NCBI GenBank assembly: GCA_963765675.1
Contig: CAVXXK010000003.1
Coordinates: 320,001 to 384,000 of the forward strand
Direction of reading: 5' to 3'
Length of the DNA: 64,000 bases
From: an uncultured delta proteobacterium
Lineage (GTDB): Bacteria; Desulfobacterota; Binatia; Binatales; Binataceae
Position numbers and translations under genes: made by a program
Shown here: positions 11,291-20,598 of the stretch, piece by piece
Position numbering within the stretch: the stretch's first letter is position 1
Layout: each line of letters begins with the position of its first letter
Notes under the pieces: generated by a model
Told to the model about the DNA's origin: nothing
Seen by the model: the letters and a program-made list of their open reading frames with translations, nothing else
Databases searched by the model: none

Positions 11291-12522
11291 GCGGACAGAT
11301 GATCACCATCGAGGCGCACGACGGCGGCCGGTATTCCGGCTATCTGGCTCTGCCACCCGGCGGGCGTGGACCGGGACTGCTGGTCTTCCAGGAAATTTTT
11401 GGCGTCAACGCGCATATCCGCACGACCGTCGAGCGCTGGGCCGCCGAGGGTTACGTGGCCCTTGCGCCGGACATCTTCTGGCGCGTCGAGCCGGGACTCG
11501 ATCTCGACTACACGCAGGAGGGGATGCAGAAGGGGCGCAGCGTGCGGCAGAAGCTCGACCTCGAGCTGGTGATGACGGATATCGCGACCAGCCTTGCGGC
11601 GCTGCGCGCGCAGCCGGAGTGCGTCGGCAAAGTTGGCGCAGTTGGTTACTGCTTCGGCGGGCTGCTCGCATACCTGACCGCCGCGCGGACCGATATCGAC
11701 GTGGCAATTTCGTATTACGGCGGCGGCGTCGAGCAGCGCGCGAGCGAGGCCAAATCGATTCGATGTCCGATAATGTTCCATTGGGGCGAAAAGGACGGCG
11801 CGATTCCCGCGTCCGCGCGCGAGGCGGTGCGCGCCGCGCTGGCCGGTCATGACGACGCGGAATTCTACGTCTATCGCGACGCGCAGCACGGCTTTAACTG
11901 CGACCTGCGCGCGTCGTTTCATCCGTTCGCGTCGCAGCTCGCGCGCTCGCGCTCGATCGGACTTCTTCGCCGCACGCTTGGTCCGCGCCTTGATTTGTCC
12001 GCACTGTGGGATCGGCATTGCGACCTGGAATTCTCCACTCGCGACGCCGACGCGACGATGGCCACGATGACGCCCGAGCCGTACGTGAATCATATCCCGA
12101 CGCTGACCGGCGGCTACGGCTACCGCGATCTGCATCGCTTCTACAAATACCACTTCATCCCGACCCTGCCCGAGGACACCAAGGTCGTGCCGCTGGCGAG
12201 GACGATAGGACCGGATCGCATCGTCGATGAATTGCTATTGTGCTTCACGCACACCAAGGAAATCGATTTCCTGCTGCCGGGCGTCAAGCCGACCGGCAAG
12301 TATGCCGAGGTTCCGACTGTCGCAGTCGTCGAGTTTCGCGGCGACAAGCTTTATAACGAGCATATCTATTGGGATCAGGCGTCGGCGCTGCGGCAGATCG
12401 GCGCGCTCGAAACCAATGGACTTCCGATTTCCGGAATCGAACAAGCAAAAAAATTGAGCGGCGCCGATGTCCCTTCCAATGCGATGATGCCGTCGTGGAA
12501 GAGCAGCGCCGACAAGGAATAG
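11287..12522 (+). CDS. Dienelactone hydrolase family protein fused to a C-terminal SnoaL/NTF2-like domain
   Basis: QEIFGVN, GYCFGG (Cys nucleophile) and AQHGF motifs; C-terminal DADATMATM...PYVNHIPTLTGG...EHIYWDQAS. Confidence 0.92.
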   Translation: MSGQMITIEAHDGGRYSGYLALPPGGRGPGLLVFQEIFGVNAHIRTTVERWAAEGYVALAPDIFWRVEPGLDLDYTQEGMQKGRSVRQKLDLELVMTDIATSLAALRAQPECVGKVGAVGYCFGGLLAYLTAARTDIDVAISYYGGGVEQRASEAKSIRCPIMFHWGEKDGAIPASAREAVRAALAGHDDAEFYVYRDAQHGFNCDLRASFHPFASQLARSRSIGLLRRTLGPRLDLSALWDRHCDLEFSTRDADATMATMTPEPYVNHIPTLTGGYGYRDLHRFYKYHFIPTLPEDTKVVPLARTIGPDRIVDELLLCFTHTKEIDFLLPGVKPTGKYAEVPTVAVVEFRGDKLYNEHIYWDQASALRQIGALETNGLPISGIEQAKKLSGADVPSNAMMPSWKSSADKE

Positions 12523-12555
12523 CTACGCGGCCGGCGCTCCGCTAACATCGCGCGA

Positions 12556-13140
12556 GTGGATATCAAACGAGTTTGCGTTTACTGCGCGTCGAGCCGCCGC
12601 TGCGACCCCGCGTATCACGAGGACGCCAGGCGCCTGGGAGGCATCCTGGCCCGCGAAGGAATTGCGCTGGTCTTTGGCGGCGGCAGAAACGGGTCGATGG
12701 GCGCGATCGCCGAAGGTGCGCTGGCGCAAGGCGGCCGCGTGATCGGCGTGATCCCGCAATTCATGGACGAGCTCGAATGGGCGCATCGCGGCCTCACGGA
12801 ACTGATACTCGTGCGCGACATGCACGAGCGCAAACGCCTGATGATCGCCGAGGTCGATGCGGTCGTGGCGTTGCCCGGAGGATGCGGCACCTTCGAAGAG
12901 CTCGTGGAAGCAATCGCGTGGAAGCGGCTGGGACTGTACAACGGCCCGATCGTGATCGTGAATACCAATGACTATTATCGTCCGCTGATTGAAATGCTCG
13001 AGCGGGCGGTGCACGAGCGCTTCATGGACGAGCGTCATCGCGCAATCTGGAGCGTGGTCAACGATCCGGAGCAGGTGCTCGACGCGATCCGCAATGCGCC
13101 TGCGTGGTCGAATGACAACCGCCAATTCGCGGTCCCGTGA
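12556..13140 (+). CDS. LOG family nucleotide 5'-monophosphate phosphoribohydrolase (TIGR00730-type)
   Basis: VCVYCASS, MHERK and LPGGCGTFEE (PGGxGTxxE) motifs. Confidence 0.93.
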   Translation: MDIKRVCVYCASSRRCDPAYHEDARRLGGILAREGIALVFGGGRNGSMGAIAEGALAQGGRVIGVIPQFMDELEWAHRGLTELILVRDMHERKRLMIAEVDAVVALPGGCGTFEELVEAIAWKRLGLYNGPIVIVNTNDYYRPLIEMLERAVHERFMDERHRAIWSVVNDPEQVLDAIRNAPAWSNDNRQFAVP

Positions 13141-13172
13141 TCGAGCAGACCGAATAGTAACTTGCTATTGCG

Positions 13173-13514
13173 CTAGGCGCGCAGCAGGAAGTCGCTCAGA
13201 TCCATCGCGAAGGTGCCGTCGGTCAGACTCATGGACTTGGGCGAACGCTTGAGCTGCAGCTTCTCGAGGTCCTGGTCGCGCGGCAGGATATAAATGATAT
13301 CGCCCGAAGAGAGTGAGAGCAGGCGCACGCGCTCGTCGCCGCGGCGTTCTGTCCCGGCGACTTCGTACGGGCTTACGTGATAGCCGAATCCCCGCGCGCG
13401 CATCGTGTAGTCGTCAACTTCCTCGACCACGCCGACGAAGATTCGGGTGTTGTCGTCGCGGAACAGGCGTTTGTCCACCAGCACTATGCGGTCGCCTTCG
13501 CGTATCGTCGGCAT
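13173..13514 (-). CDS. Hypothetical cytoplasmic protein (113 aa, beta-rich)
   Basis: GGGAG RBS before ATG 13514; coding-like GC3 pattern; no recognised family. Confidence 0.7.
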   Translation of the reverse strand: MPTIREGDRIVLVDKRLFRDDNTRIFVGVVEEVDDYTMRARGFGYHVSPYEVAGTERRGDERVRLLSLSSGDIIYILPRDQDLEKLQLKRSPKSMSLTDGTFAMDLSDFLLRA

Positions 13515-13595
13515 CGTAGAATTCTCCCTCGGCCCTGCCCTGCTCATCGCTCGACACCGATCTTACACCCGCCGCGGTGCGAAAACGATGCGGGT

Positions 13596-13647
13596 GCGGG
13601 AATATGACGGACTTGATGCGGGGAGCACTCGGCCGTCATATTCCCGC
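13596..13647. repeat. Perfect 15-bp inverted repeat just downstream of the TPR-PIN gene
   Basis: GCGGGAATATGACGG (13596-13610) / CCGTCATATTCCCGC (13633-13647), 22-nt loop, no adjacent U-tract. Confidence 0.7.
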
Positions 13648-13666
13648 CCCGTCGCGTGGCGCCCCC

Positions 13667-16600
13667 TCAGGCGCTCGCATGCACTTCGGCTGCGCTGGCA
13701 GCCTGGCTCTGCGCTGACTCCTCTCGCGCCGCCGACGACGCCATCCATCCGCGGATGACGTCGCTCAACTCGCGCGCGCGTATCAAATCAAGTCCGAAGC
13801 GAATCGGCAGCGAGCGCGGCAGCGCCTCGATCGAATCGCGTCCGCGCGGACGGCTGGCAATCCGATCGATGAGCCGCGTGGTGAAGGTCCGGCGCGCCCC
13901 GCGCAGGTTCGGGTCGTTGTAAATCTTGACGATCAGCTCGGCCGCAAGCCGCATCGCATCGGCAAGACTGATCGACGGGCTGCCAAACTGGTCGAGCGCC
14001 TGCCGCAGCGGGAATTGATCCGGATTCCACATCGCAACCGCGCCCGCGCGCAGGATCATGTCGATCGTCGGAGTGCTGAATGAATAACCCCATCCCGAAA
14101 GTTTGGTGTTGGTAGTGGCGAGTTCGGCCGCATCGAGGCATCCGGCGCGCACGCGCGCCTGCAATGCCGACGAGGTCCAAACTCTACGCACGCCGAATTC
14201 CGACTTCGCCATCGCGCCCAGAATTCGGTCGTCGGACCACAGCACATGCCCCGGCATCGCGGCGATGACCACGCTCTCGGCGCCGTGGCGGCCGAGCAGC
14301 TTGATCAGACGCTCGCGCCGATCGGCGTCGATCGCGGCAAGCGCCGAACCGTCGCGCACGCGGCATACCGACTGGATACTGTCGGCAAGCGCCTTGAGCT
14401 GAACGTCGGCGCGCAGTTTGCTGTCGTGTCCATTGGAGCTGAGCGAAGTCGAAAATCCCGGAGGCAGGCGCAGAAGGGTGTCTTCGAACTGCAGCCTGCG
14501 CAAGTCCGCGAGCGTGGCTTGCGAGACCACGAACTGGCGCGGCCACGTCGCGAGAAGGTTCAGTCGTCCGAGCATGCACAGCGTTGCGATTGCAGTCAGA
14601 TCGATCACGACCGCGTTGGCGCGATCGAAAAAGCCCAGCGCTTCATCGAGCTCCGCCGGCGTGCCGAGGCAGCACTTGATCGACGCGTCCGGACGCTGCG
14701 CCAGCACGAACATCGTCTGCAAATCGTTGACGCCCATCCGCTCCGCGATCGCGTGAACCGGAATTGGATTGTTCAGGTACACGCGCTCGATCGAAGCGAG
14801 CAGCTCGTCGCGCCTGCCCGCGGACGGAAGCAGCGTCTCGAGTGCCTCAGGCAGAGCGGCCCAGTCAACCACCTCGGGCGCGACCGGCTCCATCTTGATC
14901 TCCGGTTCTCCGGGAAAGCGTTTGGCCCATCCCGAGGCGCAATCCTGGAAACGCCAGGCGTACTTGCTGATGATCTGTTTGACCACTCCGGTCTTGCGGC
15001 TGAAGCGGCCTTCGGGAAGCTGGAACTTGTCGCCGACGCGTTTGCCCTTGAGCGCTTTCGCCATCGGCGAGTTCGGTCCGTATTCCTCGACCGATTCGTC
15101 GGGATCGTTCGCGTCTTCGAGCACCAGCCATTTATCAGCGTTGGTGTCCTGCTCGACGAAGCAGACCGCGGCGCCGTTGGAGGCGGTATCAAAATCCGCG
15201 ATATGCGGCATCGGCCCGATCGGTCCGAGCGCCGCAAGATACGCGCGATGCGCCTCGATGTCGTTCGGATGACGCCGGAGCAGATCGTAAGCGTAGGTCA
15301 GCGATTCGCTGGCGCGTCCGCCCTCGCGCATGATCCGGACCGCTTCGCGTCCGAGTGCAACCGGAACGCTGCGCGCGGGAGGCATCGCGGTCGGATCGGC
15401 GATTACCAGCTCGTGGCGTCCGATGCGGTCGGCGGCAATCGAGCGGCGCAGGCGCATCACCGCGTCCTCAGGATGCTGCGCCAGATACTGCTGGATCATT
15501 TCGATCGCGGCTTCCGGATCGGATTGCTCCAGATGCTCGAGACTGGCTTCCGCCGATTCATCGGAGGCGCTCGCCTCTGCCGCGCCGCCGCGAGCCGCCG
15601 CGGTGATGATATCGGTGCGGCCCAGGCGTGAGGCGCATTCGACCAGGCGGCGGCTGTCGCCCGCGTGATCGCTCGCCGCAAGCGTTTGCCACAGCGGCAG
15701 CGCGTCGCGATAGCGGCCAAGGTCGTGCAGCAAAGCGGCGAGCTTGCGCCGATCGTCGGATGACGTATCGGCTTGATGCGCCGCAAGCGCCTCGTCAGCG
15801 AGTTTCGAAGCTTGATCGAACTTGCCCTGCGCCAGGCGCAGATTGGCGCGCAGGATCAACAGTGCGAGCGGCGCGATTGCGCCCTCGGGCAGCGCCGACA
15901 GCATCGCGTCCGCCTCGTGCCAACGCTCCAGGCGCCCCAGCACGTCGGCAGCCGCGGAAACCGCGAATGGAAAGTCCCCCTTTGGAATCAGGTCCGGCCG
16001 CGCGATCGCGTGCGAGAGCATCTCGGCGGCGACCTGCAAGTCGCCGGGTTCGTCACGCTCGCGCAGCGTGATCGCCAGATCGTATTCGGCGTCGTCGCGT
16101 CCGCCGACCGCTACCGCGCGGCGGAATACCTCGATCGCCTCGTTCAGGTTGCCGCGGCCTCGCAACACGATTCCGTATTCGACCAGGCCGTTGGCATCCT
16201 CGCGTTTGAGGGTATGCGCCTGCTCGATATCCTTGCCCGCGCCATCGGTGTCATGAAGCGCGATCCGTGTCTGCGCGCGGCCGATCAGTCCCTGCACCTC
16301 GTTTTGCGCGGAACCTTCATGCTGCGCAAATTCGATCGCCTGGGTGAAGCAGCCTTCGGCCTCGCGCACGCGCGATTCTTCGCTCGGCGGCGCGGCCGGA
16401 TCGGCTCCGTCAGCGGATTCGGCTGGTACGGGAGCGGATGCGCCCGAACTCAGCTCAGCGAGCAGAATCGATTGGCCCAGGATCAGCCACGGGTCGGACT
16501 GTCCCGCCATTGCCTGCGATGCCGCGCGCGCGTAGCGCTCCGCGCGCATGTAGTCGGCGCCGGAGAGCGCGCGCCGCGCCATCACCATCGCAACTTCGGG

Positions 16601-17560
16601 ATCAGCTCCGAGCTCGGGCGCGACGTTGGTCTCAAGTGCGCCTGCGTCCATCGTCAGCGGCGCGTTGTTGAGCCACAGCGCGAGTGCGCGGCCGCTCGAG
16701 GGGAACTGCATCCGCAGCCTGTCGGCCAAAGCATGCGCGCGGTCGCGTTCGCCCAGAAGCTCGTGCGCGAGAGCCTCGTTGGTGCAGGCCTGCTCGTCTT
16801 CGGGCGCGAGCGATCGCGCCGCGATAAACAGCATCGCGGCTTTGCGCGCCTCACCCTCGCGCAACCACGCGACGCCCAAATTGGTCAACACGCGAAACTT
16901 CTGCGACGGATTAAGTTCGTTCCAGCGCTGCTCGCGCAGCCGCAGCAGCGAGAGCCGCGCCATCTGGAACGAGCGCTGGCTGATAAACTCGGCGGCCGCC
17001 GTGATCTCCGCTTCGAGCGTGTCTGGCGGGGTTCCGTTGGGCTCGGCGATGATCGCGTGGGCGTCGAGCCGCACCAGCGAATCGGCGCGGGTTATAGCCT
17101 GGCGCTTGGCTGCGGAGCCGAACTCGGTCAGAATTTGAGGATACTCGTCGAGCAGCTCCTGGATATCATCCCAGGTGACGACTTCGATCGCGCTTGCGCC
17201 CGAGCCCTTTTGCGCGCGATTGAGATCATAAAGGATGCGCTGCAGGCTGGTGCCGCGCGCTGCGGTGGTCGCGATCACGAAACGGCCGATCGGCAACCCG
17301 AGACTCAGAGCGCGTTCCGCGGCGTCTTTGATTTCATTCGCCGAGAGGGCGCTGTGAACCTCGCGCAGCTCGCATCGGACCGCCGCAAGCCGCGGCCGGC
17401 CGCTGATTTCGAGCAGATGAATTCCGCGCTCGCGGCGCTCGGGGTCGTGCATCCTTTCGATTTGTCCGAGTTGCCAATGGCGCCGCAAAAGCCGCAGACA
17501 GAGCCTTTCAAACTCATCCGCGGTCCTGGGCAGTGGATAGCCAGCACCTGATATAGCCAT
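13667..17560 (-). CDS. REase-like + TPR + GreA/B-C-terminal + PIN domain protein (TPR-GreAB-C-PIN architecture), 1297 aa
   Basis: N-terminal FERLC...FVIATTA...WDDI restriction-endonuclease-fold pattern; long TPR array; SPMAKALKGKRVGDKFQL GreA/B C-terminal signature; PIN motifs VVIDLT...GAES...LWSDD. Confidence 0.8.
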   Translation of the reverse strand: MAISGAGYPLPRTADEFERLCLRLLRRHWQLGQIERMHDPERRERGIHLLEISGRPRLAAVRCELREVHSALSANEIKDAAERALSLGLPIGRFVIATTAARGTSLQRILYDLNRAQKGSGASAIEVVTWDDIQELLDEYPQILTEFGSAAKRQAITRADSLVRLDAHAIIAEPNGTPPDTLEAEITAAAEFISQRSFQMARLSLLRLREQRWNELNPSQKFRVLTNLGVAWLREGEARKAAMLFIAARSLAPEDEQACTNEALAHELLGERDRAHALADRLRMQFPSSGRALALWLNNAPLTMDAGALETNVAPELGADPEVAMVMARRALSGADYMRAERYARAASQAMAGQSDPWLILGQSILLAELSSGASAPVPAESADGADPAAPPSEESRVREAEGCFTQAIEFAQHEGSAQNEVQGLIGRAQTRIALHDTDGAGKDIEQAHTLKREDANGLVEYGIVLRGRGNLNEAIEVFRRAVAVGGRDDAEYDLAITLRERDEPGDLQVAAEMLSHAIARPDLIPKGDFPFAVSAAADVLGRLERWHEADAMLSALPEGAIAPLALLILRANLRLAQGKFDQASKLADEALAAHQADTSSDDRRKLAALLHDLGRYRDALPLWQTLAASDHAGDSRRLVECASRLGRTDIITAAARGGAAEASASDESAEASLEHLEQSDPEAAIEMIQQYLAQHPEDAVMRLRRSIAADRIGRHELVIADPTAMPPARSVPVALGREAVRIMREGGRASESLTYAYDLLRRHPNDIEAHRAYLAALGPIGPMPHIADFDTASNGAAVCFVEQDTNADKWLVLEDANDPDESVEEYGPNSPMAKALKGKRVGDKFQLPEGRFSRKTGVVKQIISKYAWRFQDCASGWAKRFPGEPEIKMEPVAPEVVDWAALPEALETLLPSAGRRDELLASIERVYLNNPIPVHAIAERMGVNDLQTMFVLAQRPDASIKCCLGTPAELDEALGFFDRANAVVIDLTAIATLCMLGRLNLLATWPRQFVVSQATLADLRRLQFEDTLLRLPPGFSTSLSSNGHDSKLRADVQLKALADSIQSVCRVRDGSALAAIDADRRERLIKLLGRHGAESVVIAAMPGHVLWSDDRILGAMAKSEFGVRRVWTSSALQARVRAGCLDAAELATTNTKLSGWGYSFSTPTIDMILRAGAVAMWNPDQFPLRQALDQFGSPSISLADAMRLAAELIVKIYNDPNLRGARRTFTTRLIDRIASRPRGRDSIEALPRSLPIRFGLDLIRARELSDVIRGWMASSAAREESAQSQAASAAEVHASA

Positions 17561-17663
17561 AGTGTAGGATTAATTAACACAGTGGAGGTCATGGCGAAAG
17601 AGGCGGCGCTAAAGTCCAACTTTCGGCGTCTATGCAGCGCTGATACCATAAGGAGTTTCAGCG

Positions 17664-19616
17664 ATGCTTACGCTTGACAATGTTACCAAGGCCTTTGGCG
17701 CGCGCAGGATTCTCGACCACGTGAGCTGGTCGATGCCCGACGGCGCGCGGGTCGGGCTGGTCGGCCTCAACGGGGCCGGAAAATCCACTCTGCTGAAGAT
17801 GATCGCGGAGGTTTATCCGCCCGACTCGGGCCGGATCGCGCGGCCGCAGAAGACTCGCGTCGGATACCTGGCGCAGGACGCGCCCGAAATGGGCGGACGC
17901 ACCGTCCTGGCGGAAACTCTTTCCGCACTGGAGCGGATGCAGGCGCTCGAGCGGCGCGGGCGCGAGCTCGAACAGGTTCTCGCGCGCGAGCATTCGGGGC
18001 CGGTGCACGATTCCGCGCTCGAAGAATATGGCGAGGTGCTGCACGAGCTCGAGCAGCATGATTTCTACAGCGCCGATTCGCGCGCGACCGCGGTCCTGTT
18101 CGGGCTGGGATTTACCGAAGAGGACCTGACCCGCGACGTGGCGGAATTCTCCGGCGGAATCCGGATGCGAATCGCGCTGGCGAAGCTGCTGCTCGACGCG
18201 CCGGACTTCATGATGCTGGATGAGCCGACCAATCATCTGGATATCGAGGCGCGCAACTGGCTCGAGGATTTTCTGGCGGGCTATAGCGGCGGCATTATCC
18301 TGGTGTCGCACGACCGCTACTTCCTCGACCAGGTGACCAATCGCACCGCCGAGGTCGCGCGCGGAAAGATCACCGACTACGTCGGCAACTACTCGCGCTA
18401 CCTGGTGCAGCGCGAGGAACGCTTCGCGCTCGAAATGGCGGCGTACGAAAATCAGCGCGCCGAGATCGAGCACATGGAGCAGTTCATCAGCCGCTTCCGC
18501 TACCAGGCCAGCAAGGCGCGGCTGGTGCAGAGCAGAATCAAGCAACTCGAAAAAGTCGAGCGGCTCGAACCGCCGGTCGGCGCGGAGAAGCCGCCCGCGA
18601 TCGCCTTTCCCGCATGCGAGCGCAGCGCGCGGCGAGTCTTCGAGCTCAAGGGAGCGGTCAAGAAGTACGGCGAGCTGGCCGTCTATGACGGAATCGATCT
18701 GACGATCGAGCGCGGGCAAAAGATCGCGCTGGTCGGACCCAACGGCGCGGGTAAATCCACGATGATGAAGATCCTCGCGGGCGTCGAGGAGCTTTCGGCC
18801 GGCGAGCGTATCGTCGGCGAGAAAGCCGCGCTCGGCTACTTCGCGCAGAATCTTGCCGAATCGCTCAACTACGACAAGACCGTGTTGCGCGAGCTCAGCG
18901 ACTCCGCCGAAGCGCTGACGACGCCGCAGTTGCGCGGACTGCTCGGCGCGATGCTGTTCTCGGGCGACGACGTCGAAAAGCGGGTCGGCGTGCTCTCGGG
19001 CGGCGAGCGCGCGCGGCTTGCGCTGGCCAAAGTTCTCGCGCAGCGCAACAACTGCCTGCTGCTCGACGAGCCGACCAACAATCTCGACATTATCGCCAAG
19101 GACTCTCTGCTCGAAGCGTTGCGCCGGTTTCCGGGAACGGTGCTGCTGGTCAGCCACGACCGCTTTGTCCTGAACGAGCTCGCGACCGAAGTGATCGAGG
19201 TCGGGCAGGGACACGCGACGCGCTATCTGGGCAACTACGATCAATACCTGGAAAAGAAAGCCCAGATGGAAGCGCGCGAATCCGCCGCGGCAACTCCGGC
19301 GCCGGCGAAGAACGAGAAGTATCGCGCGGAAAATTCACCGAGCAACAATCATTCAAAGAACGATCGCGCGCACAAAGATAACCGCGAGGCCGAACGCCGG
19401 CGCGACCGCGCGCTGAAGCAGCGCAGACAGATCGAGGACGAAATCGAAAAGAAGGAAACCGAACGCGCGAAACTCGCCGAGGAAATGAACCGGCCCGATT
19501 TCTACCTCGCGCGCAAGGACGCCGACGAACTGATCGCGCGCTACGAAAAGCTCGGGCGCGAAGTTGAAAAGCTCTACGCCGATCTGGTGAAGTTCGAAGA
19601 ACCCGCGCCGCAATAA
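17664..19616 (+). CDS. ABC-F family ribosome-associated ATPase (YheS/Uup-like)
   Basis: Two NBDs (GLNGAGKS, FSGG, LDEPTNHLD; GPNGAGKS, LSGGE, LDEPTNNLD), no TM segments, C-terminal coiled coil; AAGGAG RBS. Confidence 0.95.
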   Translation: MLTLDNVTKAFGARRILDHVSWSMPDGARVGLVGLNGAGKSTLLKMIAEVYPPDSGRIARPQKTRVGYLAQDAPEMGGRTVLAETLSALERMQALERRGRELEQVLAREHSGPVHDSALEEYGEVLHELEQHDFYSADSRATAVLFGLGFTEEDLTRDVAEFSGGIRMRIALAKLLLDAPDFMMLDEPTNHLDIEARNWLEDFLAGYSGGIILVSHDRYFLDQVTNRTAEVARGKITDYVGNYSRYLVQREERFALEMAAYENQRAEIEHMEQFISRFRYQASKARLVQSRIKQLEKVERLEPPVGAEKPPAIAFPACERSARRVFELKGAVKKYGELAVYDGIDLTIERGQKIALVGPNGAGKSTMMKILAGVEELSAGERIVGEKAALGYFAQNLAESLNYDKTVLRELSDSAEALTTPQLRGLLGAMLFSGDDVEKRVGVLSGGERARLALAKVLAQRNNCLLLDEPTNNLDIIAKDSLLEALRRFPGTVLLVSHDRFVLNELATEVIEVGQGHATRYLGNYDQYLEKKAQMEARESAAATPAPAKNEKYRAENSPSNNHSKNDRAHKDNREAERRRDRALKQRRQIEDEIEKKETERAKLAEEMNRPDFYLARKDADELIARYEKLGREVEKLYADLVKFEEPAPQ

Positions 19617-19639
19617 ATCGCGTCAATTGAGCTCGAACT

Positions 19640-19990
19640 TCATTGCTCGTCTGCCTCGACCAACGCACGGAGCCGGGCTAGCGCCGCGTCCCACTGATCC
19701 GAAATCTGATCCAGATATCGCTGTACTTCGGAGAGCCGCTTCGGCCGCAGCTCCCAGATGCGTTCGCGGCCGGCGCGGAAGCTGCGTGCGAGGCCAACCC
19801 CTTCGAGGGCCCGCAGATGTTTCGTGATCGCCTGGCGCGAGACCGCCGCGCCGTCCGCCAGCCGGGAGATCGATTGAGGACCGTCGCCGCATAGCCGCGT
19901 GACAATTCGCAAGCGCGTCTCGTCACCCAGCGCGGCGAAGATCGGCGCGGCCTCGGCGAGCCTCGCAGCGGCGGTATGCGCTCGTGGCAT
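19640..19990 (-). CDS. ArsR/SmtB family transcriptional regulator
   Basis: FAALGDETRLRI...SRQAITKHLRAL...GRER...WDAALARL. Confidence 0.92.
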   Translation of the reverse strand: MPRAHTAAARLAEAAPIFAALGDETRLRIVTRLCGDGPQSISRLADGAAVSRQAITKHLRALEGVGLARSFRAGRERIWELRPKRLSEVQRYLDQISDQWDAALARLRALVEADEQ

Positions 19991-20008
19991 GGCTGATTGG
20001 CGACGCTT

Positions 20009-20497
20009 TCAGGCAGCCATCGCGAGGTACTTTTCGATCAACTGCATCTGCGCGGCCCAGCCCTGCTCGTTGCTGGCAAACGCCTTGGCGCGCCGCTCGA
20101 TCGGAATCCGATCGAACCCCGACTCGGTGACGGTCAGCATCGTACCGCCCGGCACCTCTTCGAGCTCAAACTCGACGAGCGTGGTCGGCTCTTTCGAGTA
20201 GTCGACTCCAGTCTCGACGGCGTACGGATGCCATCGGAAAGAAAAAATCCGCATTGGTTCGACACGGTCCACCGAGAAATCAAATGTCCGTCCTTCGTAA
20301 GCTGCCTGGCTCCTGGCAATTTCGGCATCCACGGTGGTCGGAACGAGCCGGCCGGTCACGCGCGTCGCCGGGGCGAAGGGACCGTCGAACTTCACGCCGA
20401 ACCAACTGCCGAACTGCCTCGCGTCGCTGATCGCGCGCCACACGCGTTCGCGCGGTGCACGCAGGATGATTTTCTTTACGATGCGATCGGAATTCAT
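20009..20497 (-). CDS. SRPBCC/AHSA1 (START-like) ligand-binding protein
   Basis: APRERVWRAISD...FRWHP...VTESGFD...GW; classic partner of ArsR regulators. Confidence 0.9.
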   Translation of the reverse strand: MNSDRIVKKIILRAPRERVWRAISDARQFGSWFGVKFDGPFAPATRVTGRLVPTTVDAEIARSQAAYEGRTFDFSVDRVEPMRIFSFRWHPYAVETGVDYSKEPTTLVEFELEEVPGGTMLTVTESGFDRIPIERRAKAFASNEQGWAAQMQLIEKYLAMAA

Positions 20498-20499
20498 TG

Positions 20500-20567
20500 A
20501 TGCGCAACCTCCGAGTTGCACATAAAATATCGCCGCGGCCGCCGATATGCAACCATCCGGTTGCATA
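20500..20567. promoter_or_regulatory. Two GCAAC-N6-GTTGC operator palindromes, probably bound by the adjacent ArsR
   Basis: TATGCAACC-ATCC-GGTTGCATA (20546-20567, perfect 9-bp arms) and ATGCGCAACCTCCGAGTTGCACAT (20500-20523, overlapping the RBS). Confidence 0.75.
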
Positions 20568-20598
20568 CACTCCGGCGATTTGACGCTCAGCGCTCGCG

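Noticed and set aside
14246-19244. Long antisense ORFs (14246-15631, 15773-17551, 17658-19244; likewise 27324-28700, 37589-39349, 41302-42558, 49879-51087)
   Set aside because: Shadow frames of high-GC3 genes on the opposite strand; Arg/His-rich, no motifs.
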